A stretch of DNA of 29,649 nucleotides from Atractiella rhizophila (GCA_021432655.1 MU271326.1:62001-91649); one strand, 5' to 3'; positions 1 through 11,500 are shown, numbered from the stretch's first letter. The notes: generated by a model from the sequence alone, not told the origin. Program-made: numbers and translations.

Positions 1-607
1 TCATATGAAATCAACATGGATGTGCTTTGTGGAGTTAGACCTCAAGCGTTCAAGAAGTGTTTACTATGATCATTGATCATTGCCCTTCTTCAATTCCTTC
101 ATGCCTTCATCCACATGTAGACTACTGGTTGGGTTGGTGCCAACTGAGTTCAGTTGGGCTAAGTCCTTCTCCTTGACCCACTGTGGCTTGTTTAGACCTC
201 CACAAAACGTCAGGGTCCAAGTGACAGGGTTGTTCCGCTTTCTCCTCCCCCCCCCGAGAACAAAAGTCGTGCACAGTGACTGCCTGCATATTCTCCTCTC
301 CTTCGAATCAGGGTTCGGTGTCCAAATCTTCACTCCTCCTCTCTCTGAAGAGGCATCAGCCCATGGCTTGGTTTCGCCATCAAAGGAGCGGTGGGAGGCG
401 GAGAGCAAGAGTTGAAATTCATGCCTTCTGGGAATATGTATTTACAACCTCTATTGGCGAGTTGGACGATGTAGGGATTGGTTTCCTTCTGATTAGGGGT
501 GATCGAGGGAACCATCAGGCATTGGAGGCTACGTGGGAGGTGAGGGAGCGGGTGGGAGAGGCAGCACGTTGAAAAGGTGAGGACGCTGTGGTGCGAAGTC
601 TTCAAGG

Positions 608-1230
608 ATGTCAAGGGCGGAGGAGGAACATGCGTTAAGGTTATTACCCTGTTTGGGCGGGCGCAGATTCAAACCCCAACACTATTTTTCAATGGCTTTG
701 TCACATCACTTTGTCTTTCTCACAGTCATGAAGGCCTTGGTCGCTGCCAATGCCTTCTTCAAGTTTGCGCCAGATCCTAAAAGACCCAGAAACGACAGTT
801 TCTTGGTGGCAGTGTATGACTCAATTGTCCTTAAACGGTTTAAACGCATGTTCATGAAGATTAAAGCTCAGGGAGGCAGTATTACGGAGGATATTACTAA
901 TGAGGCAATCCGGAAGAGGAGAAATCGAGTATGTTGCTTGGTTATTTCAGCTGGAGAATACTCACTTCAAGATCGAAGCTTGCTCAAGTCTGCAAAGAGT
1001 TTGCAGATGCTAGTCAGTTTCCTGAATGGTTTGTTGCCTTGTAGGCAACTACGACTTGACGTCAGATGACGAGGATCTTAATAACGGAGGTTATAAGATC
1101 AAAACCAAATTTTTCCACTCAGACTTTAGGATCTGGTTCATCGCTTCTTTGACGACAGACGGTTAGAAGCTCAGTCCTATGAAAAACGATCTCGCCGAAA
1201 GCCAACGCTCCAGTTTCTTCCTACAGATTG
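608..1230 (+). pseudogene. Decayed spliced hypothetical gene fragment, possibly transposon-associated
   Basis: ORF 608-1069 reads ...EAIRKRRNR up to a GTATGT..CTCAC..AAG intron (929-971). After a frameshift it gives NYDLTSDDEDLNNGGYKIKTKFFHSDF (SDDE at 1062-1073). Boundaries are approximate and no family was recognised with certainty. Confidence 0.35.
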
Positions 1231-1399
1231 TCAAGGGGAGAGGTCAAAGTTTTGCCTGCCTCTAGTACCAAAAAACGCCACAGACGCAGTCAAAATGAAC
1301 AACAAAGTCCCAGTGTACATTTTCTCTCTATCTGTCTACAATAATCTTCCTCCAAGCACCCACACATGCTTAAATGCCCAAGGAAGAGCACGACATCTC

Positions 1400-2260
1400 T
1401 CCTTCAAGCCGGACTCCTTTGGAATCCACGAATCATGTCTTTGGGCAGGGTAAGGTCCATCCAAATGAATGATAAGACCCGCCGGGTGCCATTATGGCCT
1501 GAAACTTTTGCCCGTGTAACCAGTCGTGTGCATTAAAGGCTTGCTTTTGATTTTCTGTTGGGCGACAAGTTGGTCGGACGGTGCAGTCGATGAATCCCCA
1601 GCAATTGTGAAGAGGAGCCCTTCTTGCTGAGATCAGGTGGCATAGTATGCTAGGCGTTCGGCAGTGAAGTAATGTGCAGGAAAATTCAATGACATGAGCC
1701 TACATCCTGGCTAAGAACTCGATTATTCTGTTGAGTGTGAGCGAGAGACATGCTCGACTATGCCCATATTCAACGTATACATAAGAGTGCAAAGAGTTCA
1801 TCACCTTGGAAAGCCCTCATCTTGGGAATATGGATGGTGTTCGGGATTAGAAGGGCTTAACGAGCACATTGAAGCTCGTGAATGCTGCTAAACCTGCGAA
1901 AGTAGCTATAACACTCATCTGGTCAATTCAACAAGAGGCATACCTTGTCAAAAGCTTGCCTTGCGAGCGATTGGTTTCCAGCTTATGCCAGTCAATGGTT
2001 CGGACCCCAGAAACACCTCAATCTCGTGCATCACTGCTATTTGTGAGGATGGAGATGAAATTGTGCCGGAAGTGGGCTTCAAGAAGAATATCCTCCTCTT
2101 CTGTATAACTTTCAAGTATGTTGACAATGGAGCTTCTAGCAGGGGCTTGAGAGCCAAATAGTATTCCGTGCAGGGTGGTAGAGAGCATTGGCGAAGGCGT
2201 TTGGTTGACGCTGGTTGACGTTGTGAACACTACAGGAAAACTACTGCACAACTACAGCCG
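1400..2260 (-). pseudogene. Decayed multi-exon hypothetical gene
   Basis: Minus-strand reading frames (...SYTEEEDILLEAHFR..., ...HEIEVFLGSEPLTG...) and a minus-strand GTATGC..CAG intron near 1894-1944. Frameshifts and stops are present. Limits are approximate. Confidence 0.25.
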
Positions 2261-2537
2261 GATGCTGCAAGGCTGCTATATCTTCCTTGAAATGGTGTTT
2301 TTCTGAGTCACACCTGTATTTGCAACCTGGACCCCTGGATTTTTTGCAACAATTTTTGATCCCCTCCAAAAAAATCTTTCATCTATATAAAACGTCCTCA
2401 ACATTGCCCAGAGAGGTCTGAGAACTTCCATTTATGTTGAGTAGAGTCTCCTCCACCTTTCTGTGTGTTTATTTTTTATTTACAAATAAGCTGGCTATAA
2501 GTATGTGGACTCTTTGGATGTACATATTTGTTGTGCA

Positions 2538-2646
2538 GCTGCTGTGGTGTAGTGGTTAGTTGTGTACCTCAATTGTGGCAGATGTTCAAGTCCCTTCACA
2601 TCTCTTACCATCACAGGTTCAACTCTTACTGCTGTTATATCTTTTT
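2538..2646 (+). pseudogene. Degenerate tRNA-like / Pol III unit (tRNA pseudogene or SINE head)
   Basis: A-box TGGTGTAGTGG at 2545-2555, B-box-like GGTTCAACTC at 2616-2625 and TTTTT at 2642-2646. The acceptor and T stems pair poorly, so it is not a functional tRNA as read. Confidence 0.5.
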
Positions 2647-2760
2647 CTGTCACAAACCAAAGAAACTATCAGCATAAGAAATAAATTTAGTCATAAGAAC
2701 TGCCACACGTAATGTAGATATATATCCAGCTTATAGTACATTTTATTCAGGACATGTAAA

Positions 2761-3755
2761 TGTTAGGGCTGGCACTATGTGTCGTCGCCAATCGTTGATG
2801 TGTCTGTAGTGGATATGAACCTAAGAGAATACTCTGAGGTCATCTCCACTACTCTCTCTAATTTATATACAAGCGGAATAACACTGCTACAAGAAAGAAT
2901 AAATGAAATATGTAAGAGAGCCAGGAGAGGAAAGTAACAATGGGATTACATGGAGTTTAAGAGAGGACAAATATGAGTTGTGTAAATCATTGATGGAACA
3001 AATCAAGAGCAGCGCTGGATAGACGCTAAGCGGTGTATGACGCAAGTGGGCGAGGAGTGCAGAGTGTGCAAAGTCGACAGTAGAGATGTCAACGAGTATG
3101 GTACTTGTGGGTACTTGTGCCACAGGTACTTGTGCACAACAAGTTACAAATCAGCTACAGAGGGTAAATTTTCATCAGGGGTACCCATTTGTGTTCCCTG
3201 CTCAGTACCTAAGAGTACTCGTGAGCATATGTCCTGAAATGGCAGGTACCCGTGGGGTACTCGTTTGAAAAAGTTAAAGAGAGTTTTATATCAAATTTTG
3301 ATCTTTTTCACATTAAAAATGGCTCTATCTGCCTCTGAGATACAAGTAATAGTGGTGTTTAAGCCATAAGTAATGTATAATAAGTCATCTATGTAAACTA
3401 ATGTGCCTAAACTGTAAAATTATGTTGATGAGTAGAGTCTAAGTTAATACAAGGGTACCCGTGAGTAGTACTCATGAGTACAAGGGTACCTGTGTCAAAG
3501 GTCACAACAAGTTACAAATCAGGCTCTAAGCTGATCGATACTCGTGAGTAAGGGCACTACGACTCGTTGGCATCTCTAGTCGACGGTGAGTGCAAAGCGG
3601 TGCTGGGAGGACGCAAGTGAAGGAGCAAGTTAATAAGCAAAAGAGAAGCCAGGAGAAACTAAAGATCAAGCTGCAGAAAGAATGTTAAGACTAAAATATT
3701 GAAAGAGAGGTAACGAAGACATGAACATTACAACAGTCCACATCAGATTCTAACA
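2761..3755 (-). mobile_element. Solo LTR-like element (about 490 bp) interrupted by an hAT MITE
   Basis: Termini TGTTAG (2761) and CTAACA (3750-3755) form a 6-bp TG..CA inverted repeat. A minus-strand TATATAAA lies about 105 bp from the end. It shares a TTCTCTTAGG..ATCCACT motif and a CAGCCCTAACA end with the LTR at 18065-18355. Flanks GTAAA and AAGTC do not form a TSD. Confidence 0.65.
3081..3578. mobile_element. Non-autonomous hAT element (MITE), 498 bp
   Basis: 17-bp TIR TAGAGATGTCAACGAGT / ACTCGTTGGCATCTCTA with 1 mismatch. 8-bp TSD GTCGACAG (3073-3080) / GTCGACGG (3579-3586). About 10 subterminal GTACYCGTG-type repeats and an AT-rich non-coding core. An 8-bp TSD with TAG.GATG termini is diagnostic of hAT. 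Confidence 0.92.
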
Positions 3756-3769
3756 AAGTCATTCCACAT

Positions 3770-5340
3770 TCGTTTCCTTTTCCCGTGCACCACCATCAGC
3801 TTCATCCTCCACCAGCCTTGACTCCATGTCTAGGTTCTCCTCAATCTCTCCCTGCTCCATTTTGACTGATACCCCTCTGATTTTTGGCAACGCACCTCAG
3901 CCAAAGTAGTAACCATGCGGACGGCCTCTGGAGCTAAGGCGGGAGCATTCAGGGTGTTTCTAACAGCCAGAGGTGGTGGTGGTGGTGGGGTGGAGGCGTG
4001 GGGAGCAGGATCTGCATTCGAAGAAGTTGTAGATGGTAGGGATGGCTGGAAAGTGAGGGGGGCATCGATGTTACTTGCAGCAGTATTTGATCCGGACCGG
4101 GTTGGTAAAGTGGGCTCCTCGCATTTGATGATTAAGCACTAGTCGTTGGCACCGATCTTCTCATACTGCGCCATCCTGTAAAGCAAATGCATCAGGAACA
4201 ATGTGAAACAATGTGAAACAATGTGAAACAATGTGAAACAATGTGAAACAATGTGAAACAATGTGAAACAATGTCAAGATGAAGATGAAGAAACTGCATA
4301 TCACTCACGAAAGTTTACAGTCCACCCCGGTCCTCTCCAGACACGGATAGCAACATGAAGATCCTGTTTCTGAGGGCTTATCCTTTGGCCATCGACATTA
4401 AGTACATATGCTCATCAGCAAGAGCTCGCATCAGAGTTCAAATGAAAATGAAAACGAACCCTTTCATTCCTCCTTTCACACACCGTACAGAGATCGTCGG
4501 GATTGCTGGAGCCCTCTTCTTCTTTTGATAAGGAGGAGGGATTGGCTCTACTGGAACAGAAGGCTGTTCCTTGTCTTGAACCGCTCGTTGACTCGTCTCC
4601 ATGACTGGCAGTGGTTGCTTCTCCTGCGACTTACTGTGCCCTGCCTCAGTGTTGCTCCAGGTCACTCTTGCCCCAGGTGCTTTCTTATTACCGCCCTTCT
4701 CTTCTTGGGCGACACCTGTCGCTGTTCTTCCTCCTCACTGAAATCCTCGACGATTGTAACACGCTTTCGCTTCTTTCCTCCCATATCCTTTGGCCGCGCG
4801 TCTTCTTCCTCTATAGGGAAGTAATGCCCCGGGTCTGCGACAGAGCTACAGCGTGCTCTAGGTCCTCTGCAATCCAATTCCTCGAAAGAATATACTTCAC
4901 TAAGGGGTAAGGTAAGGGCCGCATCCTCTCCTATTGCTTACCAGTTAGGCAAAGTGTGTAAGGGCAGACAGGGATAACTCACCTCAAGCCGTTATCGTTC
5001 AGGCGTACTCTGTTTATGATTACGAGTTGTATTTAAAACCTTCATATCCAAGTAACTGAACATCTTTCTAGTCCAACTCAGAAGCTGAAGGCTGACCTTC
5101 AGCCGTTCCACGTTGATCTTCTTTGCAAGCTCCGTGCTACGGTTAGAAAGGTAGACCGGGTTCTGACGGATGGATGGAGAGTTCTCAAGAGGTTTCTTCT
5201 TCCGCCTTTAAATATTCTTAACAGAAGAATGAAGTAGAAGCTGATGGCACTCTATGCATCATGTTTCCCTGTTTGCCATTTCGGTGGCAGACAGCCTTTC
5301 GGAGCATTTGGTAGAGAGGAGTACATCATGATTTCTGTTG
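3770..5340 (-). pseudogene. Spliced pseudogene with a Zn(II)2Cys6-like cysteine cluster and low-complexity acidic/Pro-rich regions
   Basis: Splicing introns 4459-4398 (GTTCGT donor, acceptor reads TAA) and 4308-4176 (GTGAGT..CAG) gives LCTVCERRNER|CRWPKDKPSETGSSCCYPCLERTGVDCKLS|MAQYEKIGAND*CLIIK. This is C-x2-C-x6-C-x14-C-x2-C-x7-C. Premature stop and frameshifts are present. The 5' limit is uncertain. Confidence 0.6.
4197..4274. repeat. 10-bp minisatellite (ATGTGAAACA)x7.8
   Basis: Seven perfect copies at 4201-4270 plus partial copies on each side. It lies inside the minus-strand intron 4176-4308. Confidence 0.98.
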
Positions 5341-5603
5341 AGGATGTCGACGAATGAATTGGGGGGATCGGTAGATTTGTGTATCGTTGGAACGAAACCG
5401 GAGGTGAGCAATTGATCTGGAGGTGAAATGATGACACCGTGGCAGGTTTGGAGGTGTGGTGAAAATGGGACCTGACACACAGCTCAGGAAAGTTATTACA
5501 TATATTCACGTTAATTACCAGAGACGAAATTTGGTGTCCATGTCGACTGATGCCATCCCTGTGTCTTCAGAGTTTTGTGTGTTTGTTTGCATGCATTGCT
5601 AGA

Positions 5604-5631
5604 CTAGTGATTGGCGAGCTGCTTAAGCTTG
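5604..5631 (-). mobile_element. Probable Helitron 3' terminus
   Basis: The minus strand reads CAAGCT-TAAGC-AGCTCG (17-nt hairpin, one mismatch), then CCAATCA-CTAG, then T. The hairpin ends 11 nt before a CTAG|T end, which is the canonical Helitron 3' geometry. The 5' end was not identified. Confidence 0.55.
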
Positions 5632-5859
5632 GATTAGTCTGCAATGCCACATTTTGAGCAGTAGTCACGGTCAACAACCTGTGTGCGAAAGCAATAAGTC
5701 TTGTTTCGCGTCAACATATAAACACGCCATACCAAAGATGACTTAGCTTGAGGAGCAGATGCAGCAGATGGGGGAATAGATGTATTCAGATCTCCCACTT
5801 CTCGTTTTGTTACTATGTTGATGTTCTGATAGTGTGCAGTGAACGGATTACAGTTTGTC

Positions 5860-7208
5860 AAAGGTTTCCGTTACCGCCTCCAGGAACCTGTTTGGACGAG
5901 AGGCTGAGATCTAGCTTGCGAAAGAAGCTATCCTTAGCGGCTGCCACATCGCAATTGTCAGTGGAGCTAGAAATGGAACATCCACCGTTGCACTCGAAAC
6001 CCTGCACTTAGAGCAGGCTTTTGCAGGCACTCGAGAAGATCTCTGCTTCTGGTTCACTATTGAGGAGATCGAGGACAAATGTTAGGTGTGCAGGGGAAGT
6101 TTGTAAAGGTCTTAGTTGATGGTTTGGTGGAAGACAGTAGGATAGAACTCTTTGAAAACTCATATCAGAGAGAAAATGAGTTATCAAGCTATTTGCTTTA
6201 CATGCTAACAAGGATTCAACCATGACACTCAAACAGTTGTCAAACAAGTGGAGAAAAAGCCATGTGTAGCTGTTCTATAAGATGAATATAGCGAAGAGGC
6301 AATCACCCTCAATGCCTCTATATTGTTCTCCATCGATTCTCCAGCTCTGCAGAAGCGGGTGGAGTGCAGGTTCTTTGCACTTGCCCTCCTCTTGTGGTCT
6401 CCTGACGGTCTATCCCATCATGGTTTGTCAGCACTCATATCCAGCTCTGACGAGTCTAAGGATATCTACAAGGTCATCCATGTGATTTCAAAGATTGAGC
6501 TAGCCAATGACATTGCAGGCACTCTCCGTATGCTTGCTCCTATTCGTGAATATCTCAACCAACCTGTCTCTCAGTCCAAATCACCATTTTCGATGGCCAT
6601 TGCTTGGTCGCTTCTGCCTCTCGGGGCCGTCTCATACAGAAAGCTGAGACAAATATTCAACAGTTCGAGATCCAGCAGGATCAACACGTACTGTTTCAAT
6701 TCCGTGAACAAGAACCTTGAACATATCCTGCTAGAGAGCATGGTATACCTGTTAACCCTTTACCAATCCTTCAGCATTTGGAGAACATATTGGAGTTTCT
6801 ACGCCTGAAACATTGGCTCTCAGCTTCCCTTTTCTAACAGGCGGTGCATGCCGTGGATATGGGGCTGGGACTGCGGCTCCGCGTCACACAGAGTCCAAAT
6901 GGTTAAGACTAAAGTATTCACTCAGGGCGTCTCTCAGCGAAAGTTTTTACGACCAAGGCAACAACAGGGATGCTCTCAAGGCGTTCAAAGAGGCAAAGGT
7001 GCTCTACATGGCAGTTGGATCTTGACAGGGTCAAGCCAACTGTGTCTGCAACATAGGGGAGATCAATTTTCAATGTGGGTGGAATGAGGATGCTCTGAAG
7101 GCGTTCACGGAGGCAAAGGTGATCTATAAGGAAGCGGGTGACCTAGGAGGTGAAGGAGACTGCTGCAGAGTAATGGCTGATGTATATTGCATCATCCATG
7201 AGAGATGA
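5860..7208 (+). pseudogene. Fungal NLR (STAND NTPase / NB-ARC-like + TPR) pseudogene
   Basis: RNLFGREAEI*LAKEAILSGCHIAIVSGARNGTSTVALETLH contains FGRE at 5891-5902 and a decayed Walker A at 5960-5986. Helical region LNASILFSIDSPAL..LLLWSPDGL follows. C-terminal TPR-like repeats DALKAFKEAKVLY / DALKAFTEAKVIY are exactly 120 bp apart (6968, 7088). Multiple stops and frameshifts. Confidence 0.8.
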
Positions 7209-7741
7209 CATGGGTGAAGGTGATACTGTAGCTGAGAAGAGTAGAGGGTATTCAAAGCATCCATGGCTAATTGTGGTCTAGTGTGGCTGTGCTAAATCAT
7301 CGATAGAGTGCATTCAATCCTTTTTTACGAACTTCTAGAATGCACTGATTGATTGCAACAGTAATGACTTTCATGCTATTCCATTTTCCCCTGTACTACA
7401 GAGATCATTTAGACTAAGTATTGACTGATTGAGGTGTTGATAAAGTGAATTCGCTTCCTCTCTTACAAACGCATTGATCACCATCTGTCGTATTTGTTCA
7501 TCATTCCTTGCGGTGATCCATAGTCCTAATGCTCACCATTCATCCGCCCATCTATGAGAACCGTCCTTACTCCATCATTTGCTACGTTACTTATCTCTGG
7601 TTGCTCCTCAAACGATAACTTGTCTATCAGCGTAGGCACTTCTTAACTGGTGGGGGTTCCGACAAGCAGATCGTAGATTAGGCAACCGCCAATAACGACA
7701 GAGTGACGACTTCTCCTTTTGATAAAACTAAAATTTAACGT

Positions 7742-8480
7742 CTAGATAAACTCACCATCTTCATTTGGAAAAGGCGAGGAGTAAAGCTCACAGTCAATAG
7801 TGGTTTCCAATCGATGTGTAATGGTCAAGATCGTCGCATCATCCCTATCTCTTTGTGCATTGTGTGCTGTATATGCTCGTCTGTGGAATGATTCAGTGAA
7901 GCCGGGATTTATCAATGGTGAGAATCGAAGATGTCGACAGTTGCAGCGAAAGGAAAGAGCGAGCAATTGCCTTTGGCCGTCATCGAAGAGGCAATATTTC
8001 ACAACAGAATGTTGGATACAGGAGAGGAGTACATATCGACAGAGAAGTCCTCCGTCCTGAACCTCCATTCCACCCTCTTCACAACATATTGCTTGTTCTC
8101 CTCTCATCCACATTTTCTGACTGCTTTTTAATATATCAAGATTCGTATAGCTTTCTGTTCTGCTAGCATTTCTGCTAGGATTCAACAATCCAAGGTGCTG
8201 AAGATCGTCCCAGACATCAGCATCATAGCGTGCTGAATCAGGAGCAATGGCAATCATTTAGCGAGATTCTTCTGTAAGACAGATCACTCACTCAAGGTTG
8301 AACCTCACTATCCCATTAAAGATGTAAGATCCTGAGTGAGATGCTCTCTGAGCATCCGAAGCGTGACCTTTGAGATATCAAGACCCACAATGACAATCCA
8401 TCCCCTGGCTGCCTCAATAAAACGGAAGAAAGTGCTCCGAGTTCTCCCAATGATCCCTGTGATAAGCATACAAGGTTCTA
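7742..8480 (-). pseudogene. ABC transporter (ABCC/MRP-like) second nucleotide-binding domain fragment
   Basis: Minus-strand GIIGRT..FFRLFEAARGWIVIVGLDISKVTLRMLREHLTQD (Walker A GKS lost), IFNGIVRFNL followed by GTGAGT, DVWDDLQHLGL, signature-like DGQRQLLAL, and H-loop TILTITHRLETTID. Confidence 0.8.
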
Positions 8481-8558
8481 TGAGACAATGCTCAAAATAC
8501 TTTCTCCCGGTTTCATCGTAAAGAAAAGCCTTTAAAAACAGGTGAAAGATCCTTCGCA

Positions 8559-11500
8559 GTGAAAAACTAAAATACTCAGTTATTTACTGACAACCCCTCG
8601 AGGGATGTTAAAACCTTTGTTATTAACATAATATTGTAATAAACCTTAAAAAGGGTTTAGGGCATTGCCCCCAAGAGATATCTTAAATAATAGGTTATTG
8701 ACCGTAATTTACTAGTAAAAAACCAATTTGCTTGTAAAAAAAAGCTCTTATGAAGTTACAAGCGACCCGTAAGTCTCAAAAACTTATGTTATTCAATGGT
8801 AGCAAAGCACAAATTAGGGAATCTTTCATATAAACATGTTCTCCGCCTCCTTCTGTTTGTCCCATCCAACATTATCTGCCTTCTTCTCCACTTTCAACGA
8901 TCCTTTCATCACATTCCTCCCGTCCTTTGCATCTCCTTTCATGAATTTCACAAGTTCCTCATTCCCCAAATCCACCAACTTCTCCGCCTCCCGCTCCAAT
9001 TGACTTGCCAGAATGCTTTTCAAAGCATTGTCTTCCTCAGTTGGCTCTAGCTCCTTCTTGATCCACTCAAGAACACTCAAATCTTTCTCATCCTTCTCCA
9101 AATGCTTTCCAGTGACAACTGGCACTCTTTTTCATACTGCCTTTGCCAAATCTCGCTCAATCTCCTCTTCCATATCCTCCATCTCCTTCTTATATTCCTC
9201 CAGATAATACTCCCTACACATCACCAGATCCATGGTCGTTTCCCACTTCAATTTGTAGGGATATTTGTTTTGAATCCATGTAATAAAAGACATTGTTCGT
9301 TCTTCAGCGACAGAGGTTAGCAAGATGGAATAGAGCTTGACAGCAAGAGGGGCTGCAAAGGAGCCCTTCCCACCAACCAATTGGCTGATCTCGTTTGAAA
9401 ACAAATAGACTGTTGAACGGTTGCGCTTTGTCTGTATACAGCTTCACTTGATCGACAAACAGCGTGACAAGGTTCTGTCCCTTGGATTGGTCGATCTGAA
9501 ATGTTGACTCAAAGAGGCTGAGGAGCTCTTTTCCAATCCGAACCTTGAGGTCTTCACAATCAAACTTGAGTATGCCAGTCCGGAATCAATAGGGATGGAG
9601 GAAGAAACCGACAAGATATGCATCATTGGTGGAGTGGTAGACTGTACAAGGAGTGAGGTCGCATGGGCAGATGATTTGTTGGAAACGTTTGTTGAAGACC
9701 TCTGTGATGCTGTTTCTGAGGTCAAATAGCCCATCACCTAGTATCAAGTTATCACACAGAGTTTTGATGTTCGCGATAATGATGATCCAGTGCAAGAAAA
9801 TATCGGCTAAGGTGATGTTGGGACTTTGAAAAGCTACGATAGCTCTGGTACAGAGCTTGTAGAGCTTGATGGTCAGATGGAGGCGGGCTCGGAAAGAGAA
9901 AGAAGCAGCGCCAGAGGTAAAAAGTGCATTGAGGTCCTCATCAAGTTGACATCTACATTGACCCTTTGGGAAAGAGATAGTCTCCTTCTCAACAAGTGTC
10001 GTGATACCATTGAAACAGCGATTCACAGCTTCAGCCACATAGTAGCTTCCAGCCCAACGAGTTGTTCCAGATTGAACCATGAACTTCGTAACTCCCAGCT
10101 TCCTTCCCGCCTTTTCCAGATGACCCAATCCATAAGTTCACGTGTTGAAGTAAGAAGATATTGAGGATGTTTCCTTAATCACACGATTGAAAAGTGGGAG
10201 CATGGCAAGGTCTTTCATTCCATTCTCAAGGTGGTGATCAGGATCAAAAAAGTCAAGAAGCCATGGGAATGTAGTCCTAACAAGCCAATGGGCAGAGTGA
10301 GTGTTGCCAGTGTTGTCGCTCGTGATAGCAGCAAACCTCTCTGGCCCGAACTTCCTGACATCACTGATCAGATCCTTTCAAATGAGTTCTCCGGTGTGCG
10401 AGTTGAGGTTGTGGCTATGACCACCAATACATACAATCTTGTTGGCAGGAGTAGCAACATGAGAGGTATAGATCGAGTCGTGACCAGTCGTAGTTCCACC
10501 ATCAAATGAGATCGAAAGATTTTGCTGGTTCTTGAGGGACTTAGTAAGTAGAAGACGAATACGAGCCCCTTCAGAGACCAGAAGGAAGTCACGAAAGTGT
10601 GTTTCGGATGGAAGGTTGTATCCAGGATTTAGATTTGCATGATGCTCCTTGAAAAACTGTAATACAATGTTTAGTGATCTGTCTCATAGCTGAGGGAAGA
10701 ACAAACACACGTCACTGTTCAAAATATTGAAAGCTAAACCATTACAGACAATGGTCTTCGTAAGGCTAAAGTCAGCTGCCTACTAAAGCCAATCTGATAT
10801 CTCTGTTGGTCCAGCGCAATTTCGAATGCTGTTTTTGCCATCACTTCTCATTCCTTTCTCCCTTCCTCCTACTCCCTTCTCATCCACCATCTCAATATCT
10901 TCCTTCGACCTCTTTCCACCATCTCTCCAGTCCTTAATTGCCGCAGACACGTGCTCAGAAAGGTTTCCAGGTGCCAATTCCGACAAGGCGACCTCAACTA
11001 GATCCTTCAGCTCAGAAGTGATCCCTGTGCAGGTCCTAAAAGAAGGGATGCAATTTCATGGATGCAGTGGGAGGGATCAGTTCAGAATGAATACTACTGT
11101 TGATAGTGAATAAGCAAGGGAAGGTTGTGAAAAAGACAGGTACAATATGTGCTCAAGTGTATCATCGGGCTTTCCAATCATCAACCCTGCTAACCCGATT
11201 TCTTGCGCTTCCTTAAATGCCAGAAGAACATCTCCTATCCAGCGGGCAACTTTCACCATTCCCATATCTCCTTGAAACACCTTCTCAAGGGGAAAAATGC
11301 CGGCCCCCACCTCATTGCCTTGGAACAATCCATGCATCTTGTTGTTGACTCTTCAAAGATGCATTCGGGATCAAGTGGGCCTAAGCGATAGGTGTTATCA
11401 GTAGCGAGGGGGACAGCAGCAGGTAGGTTTGTGCTCAGTGTTAGGAGGCGCTGAAGTTGATTTTCGATTTCAGGGCTGATTTTCGGCATGATACCATGGT

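Noticed and set aside
70..408. Chromodomain-like look of RRKRNNPVTWTLTFCGGLNKPQWVKEKDL (Gypsy integrase tail?)
   Set aside because: Key aromatic residues are missing and there are no clear integrase motifs upstream, so it is too weak to call.
2070..2125. Myb/SANT-like SYTEEEDILL
   Set aside because: The downstream helices and conserved Trp residues are absent.
4197..4274. CRISPR array
   Set aside because: Contiguous 10-bp units with no spacers, in eukaryotic context.
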